DNA of 64,000 nucleotides from Macrostomum hystrix (taxonomy: Eukaryota; Animalia; Platyhelminthes), in assembly GCA_950097015.1 (NCBI GenBank), contig CATNEN010000001.1, forward strand, positions 744,001-808,000. Direction: 5' to 3'. The position numbers and the translations under genes were made by a program. The notes under the pieces are model-generated. The model ran no database searches. It was not told where the DNA came from and saw nothing but the letters and a program-made list of their open reading frames with translations. Numbering within the stretch: the stretch's first letter is position 1; each line of letters begins with the position of its first letter. Shown piece after piece: positions 25,101-34,961 of this stretch.

Positions 25101-28100
25101 CCCAACATCCCAATATCCCAACATCCCAATATCCCAACATCCAAATATCCCAACATCCCAATATCCCAATATCCCAACATCCGAAATTCCAATATCCCAA
25201 CATCCAAATATCCCAACATCCCAATATCCCAACATCCCAACATCCCAACATCCCAATATCCCAACATCCCAACATCCCAACATCCCAATATCCCAACATC
25301 CCAATATCCCAACATCCCAATATCCCAACATCCCAATATCCCAACATCCCAATATCCCAACATCCAAATATCCCAACATCCCAATATCCCAACATCCCAA
25401 TATCCCAACATCCAAATATCCCAACATCCCAATATCCCAACATCCCAATATCCCAACATCCCAATATCCCAACATCCCAATATCCCAACATCCCAATATC
25501 CCAACATCCCAATATCCCAACATCCCAATATCCCAACATCCCAATATCCCAACATCCCAACATCCCAACATCCGAAATTCCAATATCCCAACATCCCAAT
25601 CAGCCAGCAATGCCTATTATTCATCCCACCCACCAGGAAGCAGAGTTCGGCAACTACGCAGTGCAGCAGAACATTGGCGGCCACCCAATTGCAGTGTTTC
25701 GCTTTCCGCCGCACACCAAAATCAAGCCGAATAGCACGGCCACAATCTGGGCCGGTTGCAACCCGCCAACGGAGGCCCTGCACCAGCCGCCGACCGATTT
25801 CTATTGGGGCGAATATGAACGATTCAACACTGGGCCGGAGTGTACTACAGTCGTTTGCGAGCCCAGCGGAAAGGTGAAGACTAGATTGATTTTATATCAC
25901 TCTTCTAAAGTTGAGTTTATGATCTCCAATACTCCTAATTAGGGGGTCATTGTTAGAATTAAATGAATTACAGTTCAGACCCTTTAAATTAATCCCATAA
26001 TCGCGTCCTCGCTCCTAATAGTCCTCAAATCAACTCAATGGGAAGCTTTGAATAAAGCTGTCGTAGAATTGAGAAGGTGAATGGCTTATCAAACTGTTAT
26101 CGATGTTCGTCGCGAATGTATCGATGATTTATTTAAGGGGGTCGGTGGCAGAGCGGTTAACGCGTTTGTCTCTCGCAACACGGTCGATTCGACGACGAGG
26201 CCACATTTATTTTGGGCGCAGCCGCTAAGAGAAGGCTCCAGCGGCTTGTCGTGCAGTTTACACCCTTGAGGGCCAACCTCCAAGGCACTTGAAATGTATA
26301 CTGCTTGACGATGAGAAAGTCAGGGCAGATGTACACCCTGTGTGAGCGTATGCCTTCGTACAGTATCTGTGTTCGTATGTGCTTAGGAGTCAGCGAAATG
26401 GGCAGAATTGCCTCCTCGCTGGCTGCGGGTCTAGTGTCACCAAATGATGTGCCATTGCCCGCAGCACTCGTGCAATTATTATTATTATTATCGATTATTT
26501 ATAGAGAATATATCGTGAATTTATCGATTATGTATCGAAATGGTATCAAGAAGGTATCGAGGAGGTATTAAGAAAGTATCGAGGAGGTATCGAGAATGTA
26601 TAGTAGAGTGTCGACCTAGTGCAGTCTTTAGTTCTTTTAATATTATAGCGCACTTGTGCGCAAATCAATGGAAAGCATAAATATGAGCATAAAATTCCCT
26701 TGTCAGTGTTGTCACAGTTTCGAGTGACAGGGGCCAGGCTGATGTCAAATAATCCAACGTACTTAAAAATGTCTAATACTAATAGTAAAAGAAGCTTTTA
26801 ATCCAACAATGAATTTTTTTTCTAAATCTCTGTCCGTTTAGTCTGTTGCCTGGACCACGCCGTACCATCGTTACTCGAAGGATGCCTTCCTGATAGTGAC
26901 GCCAACTGCGTCGCAGAAGACTTCAGCCAGAGATCCCACGGAGGATTTCGACGGACTGGAGGGCGAGCCACGGCTGCCGCAGCATCGGCCGTTGCCACGC
27001 GAGGAGCAGACGACGCTGAGACGGTTAGCTGGGAACCACTTAGAAACGTTCTTAGCGGGGAACGCTTCACAGAAACTTTCTTAGCGGGAACGCTTCTCAG
27101 AAAGTTTCTTTGTGAGGAAAAGTTCTTAAACATTTTTGGTGGCAGCAGACCTAAAAAGTGTTTTTTTCTGAACGTTACAAAAAAATATTTGGTCTGAAAC
27201 GTTTGTTCAAAAATATTTTTAGAGAGGAAAGCTTCTCAGAAACTCTCTTTAGTGGGGAAAGTTTCGTTAACAATTTTTGAGTGTGGAACGTTTCGTTGAA
27301 ACCTTCTTGGTGAGGTAACGTTTCTATGCAAACTGTCCTAGTTAGCAACGTTTCTTAGAAACTGTCTTATTAGTGAAACGTCCTCTATGCTAGCTAGCAA
27401 AACTGTCAGCTTCTCTCATCCATCGACCTACGCAGTGAGAAGACAATGCCGTGCTACGTGTCCTCTCGTCATCCGCATGCTCAGCCAACAAGCAGCAGCG
27501 TGCATCCCAGGTGCGACTCGCCGCGCACCGGCCTCTGGGGTAACGATAACAGCTCGGTGAATAGACAGACCCGATCACAGATGACGCGTGTCCCCGATCG
27601 GGTGCCGGGTGAGTGAGCTTGCTTTCCGCACTTAATTTTTTCCTTTGTTTTCGTAAAGGTAAAAAAAGAGAAGCTGTATGTCCAGAAGATATCGATGGTG
27701 TAATGAGAAGGTATTGATAATGTAATCGAGAATGTATTGAGAAGGTATCGGATGATCAATAAGGAATAAGGAATCAAATAATCGAGAAGTGTCGATGATT
27801 TGGTTAGAGTTAGCATTGCACGCGTAGCTACCGAGTTAATCTTGACCCTTAAAATTGAAACTCAGGTGAGCCATACACGGGCAGCAGCAACCAGGTAATG
27901 GGATCAGCCAGGGTCATGCACTATCAGGCCAGTCTGCGGAAGAGCGCCACAATTGGTAACAGAGCTGTAAGTATTATTTTTTCAAATTTTTCTTGTTTTA
28001 AATATAGCTCAAAATTTTCCGTCTCTTTATATAGCTCGTAGCGTGCTTATCCAAAAGTAAGCAAACCCATTTTCGAGTAAACCCATTCGCAGTACATCTA

Positions 28101-29526
28101 ACTAACTCATGTAATCCTAACAATAGAGAAGCGCTTTGTAAATAGCGATTGGTATTTAAATATTCTGTTTATCTCCATTGTTTATATTTTTTGTAAAATC
28201 ATTTAAAATGCTAGCTTAGTTACTACTTTTAGTAGCTAAAGTCAGTATGAAGTAAGCTGTTTAAAAATCAGCCCTTTAAGCGAGATATTAGATTTTGTGA
28301 TAATAGGAAGTTTCTTTTTAGCTATTGTTTGCTATTATAAGGGTGACAAAGCTGGTTCTTACAAACTGTACAAGTTAATAAAAAATAGTTTTTTTAAATC
28401 GTATCTATATTACTTGCAGATAGTAAAACAAAAAACAACCCTTTCAGCTTCCTCTAGTCAACTCTGCGATTTACACTCAGCACTCGAATAGCATGCCGCA
28501 TTTTCAGTACGTTCTTTATTTAGGCAGAATAATTTATCGATATAATAATCACAACTTCACTATAATAAGCAGATGTAAATGATTTAAATGGTTTAATAAT
28601 CATCCTACGTAACTTAGTTTTGAGTAAAAAATGAATGTCACTTAAATCTTCACTGAAAGAAGCACGTTGATAAATCCAATCACATTCTATCAACAAAATG
28701 TTATAATTGTCATCGTGATTAGTGTGCACCTTAATGTTAAAGCTTTAGACGCAATCTCTTCTCGCTTCTGTCATCGATAATACCTCTTTAAATATCTGAC
28801 AACTGGGCCCCGTAAATCGTAAATGGTAAGTCTGTTGTTCTGTTCCCTGTATACAGGCAATCCACTACACAGCCTGTCTGTACTGACAGTATCGTGGTCA
28901 TAAAAAGTTACTTTAGAACTATAGCCTGCTGCAACGTCAATTCATACGTTTCATGATTACCGATGACTTGCTTATCACACTTTTGTTGTATTCATTTTTG
29001 TGCTTTTGTAAATAATTTAGCGAACGCAACAAAATTTTAAAACGCAACAAAGTTTAGAACACCTCTAAAGGAGAATAAATTAAGCTGGCAACTTACACAT
29101 TAGGCAAGCCGCGATAGCTCAGTTGGGAGAGCGTTAGACTGAAGATCTAAAGGTCCCTGGTTCGATCCCGGGTCGCGGCAATGTTTTGTAGTTTTTTAGT
29201 TTTTTTACAAGTGGAAGAAATCGGTGTCAGGATTCATGATTTTAATAATAACGTGATTGTGAATGCAATTTGATATAATTTTCTTTTATGGTTTATGTCT
29301 GTCAATCATTTGTGCTTGCCGATATGTATCGAAATAGCAATATTCTAATCTAATTCATTTTCACAACTTTTAGCCTGACGTAATCCTTCGTTCTGATCTG
29401 GAGCGGCCGAGCCCATTCTCAAAGCCGCACAGCCGATTCGACGATGGCATGAAACAGGTGCAGAGTATGTACAACTCAGAGCATTTACCTCCAATGCCCC
29501 GGCCGCCAGCTGTTAAAGCCGATTAA
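19102..29526 (+). CDS. Intermediate filament protein: IF rod plus LMNTD1/IFLTD1-type lamin tail domain, 13 exons, ~924 aa, no CaaX
   Basis: Exons 19102-19295, 19731-19820, 19908-20096, 20189-20282, 20874-21164, 21750-22608, 22705-22837, 23151-23229, 25637-25873, 26842-27023, 27436-27608, 27866-27966, 29374-29526 (2775 nt, all GT-AG, phases consistent). Coil-1A DKEELIDLNERFHFYVRRVRQL; coil-2 end LRAELDAMRALIEQEETRL; LTD SAIGDIKILEVNPEGKFVRVLN...FRFPP...TIWAG...HQPPTDF. Ends LPPMPRPPAVKAD*. The last three exons are less certain. Confidence 0.85.
21360..21690 (+). mobile_element. SINE family B, degraded copy (IF gene intron 5)
   Basis: GCTCGATTCCGCGGTGAGGCCACA...GGGCTTGTC...AAAGTCAGGGCAGATGTACAC...GGGCAGAATTG shared with 26137-26490. 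Confidence 0.65.
23284..25600. repeat. 8/16-bp satellite (ATCCCAAC-ATCCCAAT)n, ~2.3 kb, filling the intron that splits the lamin tail domain
   Basis: Direct inspection; the minus strand reads (TTGGGATG/TTGGGATA)n. Confidence 0.97.
26137..26490 (+). mobile_element. SINE family B, near full-length, with (ATT)n tail and probable target-site duplication
   Basis: Head GGGGGTCGGTGGCAGAGCGGTTAACGCG, tail (TTA)5; flanks TATCGATGATTTAT (26119) and TATCGATTATTTAT (26489) differ by one mismatch. Confidence 0.75.
27043..27385. repeat. Degenerate ~29-30-bp tandem repeat (AAAC...CTTAG...GAACG(C/T)TTC) in IF intron 10
   Basis: Recurrent GAACG(C/T)TTC and CTTAG motifs at regular spacing; diverged. Confidence 0.65.
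29108..29180 (+). tRNA. tRNA-Phe-GAA: tRNA-Phe (anticodon GAA), 73 nt, intronless, inside the last intron of the IF gene
   Basis: GCCGCGATAGCTCAGTTGGGAGAGCGTTAGACTGAAGATCTAAAGGTCCCTGGTTCGATCCCGGGTCGCGGCA: 7-bp acceptor stem GCCGCGA/TCGCGGC, canonical D and T loops, CT-GAA-GA anticodon loop, downstream T-runs (Pol III terminator). Confidence 0.97.
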
Positions 29527-31250
29527 ACTACTGAATGGCGAGGTAACGACTTTATTTATTATTCAAACGTGAAGCTTAAGACAGTTATTAACTTAACTGA
29601 AGTTATTAACTGAAAAGACAAACTTCAATACGAAGAAAGCCTTCTTGCTGTTCGCGTTATTTTTTACCCTTTACTCATATTTTACGCCTACTTTTGTTTG
29701 CTCTACTAACAGTAGATTGTAGCGAATAGTTGCTTCGAAATTATCATGACTTTTCAACCCCGAACAACCGAAGTACACGTTCTCCTTTTTAACCTGAAAC
29801 GTTTACAATTCCCTTTTTACATCATACTGTACTATTTTCTTCCACTTTTATACATTGGCTTGATGTTGCGTTGCCAAGACTTCAATATTGACTTGTTTTA
29901 AAAGAGAAAGAGTACTATTTTGAAGAGCAGAACATATTGATACGAATGAGCTGTAGGTACTAGCTATTATTATATATAGTGTTTTGTTATAGTTCTTGCA
30001 CCTACAGAGTTTTTGCATCCGCTGCTGTTTTGTGAAGCTCTTTTTCTTCTAAACTTCTGTGAAACATTATTAAGAAAATTAAATAAAATAGGTGGCTTAT
30101 TGATGTTAAAATCAATTCAAGTTACAATGCTTTCAAGGCATTATAACAAAATGTTTGAAGTGCTTTTGTAATAAGTTTAAATCCTCAAAAGACTTCAAAT
30201 GTGCATTGTTTATTATAAGCGTGGATCTTTAAAATTCAAATTTTAATCTAAATTTATTTAGAAAATAGATCGCGACGATTCTCATGCGCAAGAAAGTTGA
30301 CAAACAGAAGTTTTCAACAAAAATGTACTCTCGAAAGTCTCGTTCGTCGTGCTGTGCGCATCAATTGTAAATAAAATATCCAATTTTAATATTTGAGAAG
30401 TTTATTTCTCTAAAGAAAGTCACAGAGAAATCCAAGATTGTATTTTCGCAGAATCATGTCGTTAAATCATTCAATAATTACTTCGTAATCAATTTACGAT
30501 CAAATCGTACGAAAAATTACCATTCTCAGAATTGAAAAGCAGCATCTTGACCCAAAGTCCTCAGTCGGTATCGTCTGAAATAAAGCCTCCTTAATAGAAT
30601 TTTTAATTCGAAACCGCATTCAAAATATTATTCCTTCATCATCAAATGCCACATCGATTCTATGAGTTAATTCCTTCCCTTACCCTTTTAAATCCCTGAC
30701 TAAAAAAACCTCCGAAGTCTTCTTTGAGTCCTCAAATTTCGTGAATCCTAGAAATAAAAATTGATTTTAAAGTTCTCCAAGACTTTTGATACGCTCGAAC
30801 ATATAAACCAAATCTCAATTGATCTGATCAAGATATTTTTATTCAAATGTACTATTATAACTTCAAAAAACGTCAGTTGTACAGCACAAATGTGCACTCG
30901 TACAATTTCAATCAGAAAAATCGGCTCTAAGCAATGGAACCCGCGCCACATTTAGCTTATAAGCTGATTTTGGTGGTGTGATTTCGGGTCAAAGTATAAC
31001 AAAATAATCGGCAAAACGCACGGTCATTGTGAGGTTATACTTAGAATAAAGGACAAAGGACGCCCCCGATATGTCAATACAAGTGGCGTGATTCAATTAC
31101 TTTGTATTAAACTTCATATCTTTATTTCCGTAAGTCAGTGCATAGAAAATTGTGTAATCACGTTCCACTCTTATAGGGGAGAAAATATTATCGACACGAA
31201 TGTCTATCTCCCACAGATTTTTTCGGACAGCTGACCGCTAATTACTTGTG

Positions 31251-31258
31251 TATAAATA
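31251..31258 (+). promoter_or_regulatory. Putative TATA box of the GM2A-like gene
   Basis: TATAAATA ~100 bp upstream of the ATG at 31353. Confidence 0.45.
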
Positions 31259-31352
31259 GTAGAAAATCTTCAACTTCCAAGTCTGCACAGTGGACGCAAA
31301 GCTAGAGACCTTTTGTACAAGCGATAAATTGGTAGATTAGCGGAGTAGCATA

Positions 31353-33820
31353 ATGCAGCTTCTCATTGTTGCCCTCGCTTTGGTGGCTTCCGCCGCTGCT
31401 CAGGAGAAACTGCAGTGGACTGACTGTGGTAAGCTTTTCACTTTGACTCTCATTTTTTGAGCCGATACCCCTTCTAGAAAATTCTACGTGCAACCATCAA
31501 TTTTTTCTCGCAGACCAATAGCTCTAGAAACTGTAGAACACTTCTAGAAACTACCAAAGACCTCTAGAAACTACCAAAGACCTCTAGAAGCTACCAAAGA
31601 CATCTAGAAACTACCAAAGACCTCAAGAAACTACCAAAGACCTCTAGAAGCTACCAAAGACATCTAGAAGCTACCAAAGACCTCTAGAAACTACCAAAGA
31701 CCTCTAGAAGCTACCAAAGACCTCTAGAAACTACTAAAGACCTCTAGAAACTACCAAAGACCTCTAGAAACTACCAAAGACCTCAAGAAACTACCAAAGA
31801 CCTCTAGAAACTACCAAAGACCTCTAGAAGCTACCAAAGACATCTAGAAACTACCAAAGACCTCTAGAAACTACCAAAGACCTCTAGAAACTACCAAAGA
31901 CCTCTAGAAGCTACCAAAGACCTCTAGAAGCTACCAAAGACCTCTAGAAACTACTAAAGACCTCTAGAAACTACCAAAGACCTCTAGAAACTACCAAAGA
32001 CCTCTAGAAGCTACCAAAGACCTCTAGAAGCTACCAAAGACCTCTAGAAACTACTAAAGACCTCTAGAAACTACCAAAGACCTCTAGAAACTACCAAAGA
32101 CCTCTAGAAACTACCAAAGACCTCAAGAAACTACCAAAGACCTCTAGAAACTACCAAAGACCTCTAGAAGCTACCAAAGACATCTAGAAACTACCAAAGA
32201 CCTCTAGAAACTACCAAAGACCTCTAGAAGCTACCAAAGACCTCTAGAAACTACCAAAGACCTCTAGAAACTACCAAAGACCTCTAGAAACTACCAAAGA
32301 CCTCAAGAAACTACCAAAGACCTCTAGAAGCTACCAAAGACTTCTAGAAACTACCAAAGACCTCTAGAAACTACCAAAGACCTCTAGAAACTACCAAAGA
32401 CCTCAAGAAACTACCAAAGACCTCTAGAAACTACCAAAGACCTCTAGAAACTACCAAAGACATCTACAAACTACCAAAGACCTCTAGAAACTACCAAAAA
32501 CCTCTAGAAGCTACCAAAGACATCTAGAAACTACCAAAGACCTCTAGAAACTACCAAAGACCTCTAGAAACTTTAGAAGACCTCTAGAAACTACCAAAGA
32601 CCTCTAGAAACTACCAAAGACCTCTAGAAACTTTAGAAGACCTCTAGAAGCTACCAAAGACCTCTAGAAACTGCTAAAGACCCCGAGAAAGGCCAAATAC
32701 CTCTATTTAAATTGTTGAAAACTTCTAGAAATAGCTAAAAACCTTCATAAACAAATGTAGACATCAAGCAGCTTGTGAAACTGAAACTGATTAACGTTCC
32801 AAGAAATTGCCAAAGCCTCTAGACGCATTTGTAAATTTCTAGGTGTCGTCGTAAAAACCTTTACATTAGGGAAAGCACGAGATAATTTTAGTATAGAAAA
32901 CCAAATACTTGGCTTTCAAAGGCTCCGACAGTGACATCGTGAAGATCCGCGACTTCGGCATGACTCCTTATCCGCCGATCGCCCAGAAGGGCTTTAACTT
33001 CAAACTATTCGTCAAGGGACGTGTCAACCGCGACTTCGGCGAGGCTAAGATGAACCTGAAGCTGTCTCGCAAGGTCCTCGGCTTCTGGGTGCCTATTCCC
33101 TGCCTGGCCGGCTACGGAAGCTGCACCTACGACAACGGCTGCCAGCTGATGGACACCCTCCTTCGCGAGGCCTCCATTCCGGAGATTCCTGAGACCTGCC
33201 CCGGCATCAACGCCCAGGAAGTCGACATGGCCAACAGCATCACCCTGCCTGAGATCCCTGGCCCTCTGGCCTGGCTGGTGTCTGTGAGTGTCCGCGACTC
33301 TTTCACCTGGTGGTCGAGATCTAGACTGTGTTCTTATCCTTCATGGACACCCTATACTAGACACCCTAGACTGTGTTCTTATCCTTCATGGACACCCTAT
33401 ACTAGACACCCTAGACTGTGTTCTAATCCTTCCTGGACACCCTAGACTGTGTTCTAATCCTTCCTGGACACCCTAGACTTTGTTCTAACCCTTCTTGGAC
33501 ACCCTAGACTTTGTTCTAACCCTTCCTGGACACCCTAGACTTTGTTCTAACCCTTCCTGGACACCCTAGACTTTGTTCTAACCCTTCTTGGACACCCTAG
33601 ACTTTGTTCTAACCCTTCCTGGACACCCTAGACTTTGTTCTAACCCTTCCTGTACACCCTAGACTGTGTTCTAATCCTTCCTGGACACACTAGACTTTGT
33701 TCTAATGCTTCACAAACAATCCCAATCCAGGGAACCTACCGCGCTCGCGGTGAGGTCATTGAAAACGGCAGCAATGCTCGCGTCATCTGCCTGGAGCTGG
33801 AGGGTCGCATCGCCAGCTAA
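31353..33820 (+). CDS. GM2A: GM2 ganglioside activator-like / ML-domain lipid-transfer protein, secreted, 3 exons, 175 aa
   Basis: Exons 31353-31428, 32922-33283, 33731-33820 (528 nt; phases 1,0). Signal peptide MQLLIVALALVASAAA, then WTDCG, WVPIPCLAGYGSCTYDNGC (GM2A hallmark), LPEIP..LAWLVSGTY and terminal ICLELE. AATAAA at 33864. Confidence 0.9.
31521..32685. repeat. 20-bp minisatellite (CCTCTAGAAACTACCAAAGA)n, ~58 copies, GM2A intron 1
   Basis: Exact period of 20, visible as aligned columns in the listing. Confidence 0.97.
33321..33705. repeat. 31-bp minisatellite (CTAGACTTTGTTCTAACCCTTCCTGGACACC), GM2A intron 2
   Basis: Period of 31 (33473 to 33504); the first units are longer; fills most of the intron. 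Confidence 0.93.
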
Positions 33821-34197
33821 ACAGCGAATTTGTGCGAGATTAACGTCACAATCGATTCTTGGAAATAAAATTCGACAAATTCATAGCAATGAATGAATAT
33901 TAAAATGTTCTGGTGATTTTGTCTTTTTATAATTGACAGAAACAGGAAAGATGATAATTTATTTAACTTCTTCTAAATCGAATAGAAGTGGGAATACATT
34001 TTTTAATTCCATAACTTGCGTAAACTACAAAAATATATGCTAAAAATTGTATTCACAAACGCAGATTAACCTTGCTTTCATGCCTTATTGTTTTATTTAT
34101 AATTTCAGAAATTGATAATTTGTTAAATTATCCATACCGATGGAAAAAAACTTGTGTTATTGATCTATAGATGGTAATCATCTAATCGATCAATGCG

Positions 34198-34330
34198 ATC
34201 AATTTATCAATACTATTTATTTATCAATACTATCAATTCATCAATACTATCAATTCATCAATAGTATCAATTTATCAATACTATCAACTTATCAATATTA
34301 TCAACTTATCAATACCATCAATTTATCAAT
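34198..34330. repeat. Short ~15-16-bp repeat (TCAATACTATCAATTTA-like)
   Basis: Recurrent ATCAAT/ATCAAC motifs. Confidence 0.75.
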
Positions 34331-34961
34331 GCTATACATTTGTCATTACAAAAGATTTATCAAATCAATCAATCTCACTGTCTTGACTCAAAGAGAGTGA
34401 TCAATAGATATTTTTTATCCGTTTTTTTCCTTATCGATGCTGCGACATGTCTGGCAGAAGAAGATAACGCGTTAAAAATGCTTTTGAAAGCAATACCAAT
34501 GTGTCTGATGTCCACGAGTAAAACAGACAGCGATGCCCTTTCATTTGCGTACAGCCTTACGATCGTGACATGGTATCAGATTTCGGCTCGCGTTTTTAGG
34601 CTAACAAACTTAGCTGCAGTGAGTGGCGAGTCCCTTCATTTTATTTAATTTGATGAACGAAATTCAATTTTCCTTGCAACCATGACGGCTATGGCTGGCT
34701 CAGGGGTTCGTGATAGTAAATAAACTAAAGCAATTCATTGGAGTGCTGAGGAATTGCAAATTTGGACATTGCTGAAAACCGAAGGAAGGCTAGCTTTGAA
34801 AAAGTACACCGACCTAGACGAGTGAGTGTCATGTTTCACTCTCAAGTTCTCATTCGTCAAGTAGTGATGTCTTGCTTTTACTGATTTATTCTTATTTTTT
34901 TGTGGTCATAAAGAATCATTCTACCTTGAGGACATTGTGGTCATACACGATTCGAAGTAAA

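Noticed and set aside
23133-25877. Very long ORFs (871, 846, 773, 520 and 300 aa) on both strands
   Set aside because: They are translations of the stop-free 8-bp satellite inside a GT-AG intron; only 25637-25873 and 23151-23229 are real exons.
19102-29526. Nuclear lamin
   Set aside because: No C-terminal CaaX, no head CDK1 site, divergent rod-end motifs and a long post-LTD extension.
29900-31000. AT-rich region as a DNA transposon remnant
   Set aside because: No terminal inverted repeats or transposase-like translation could be identified by eye.
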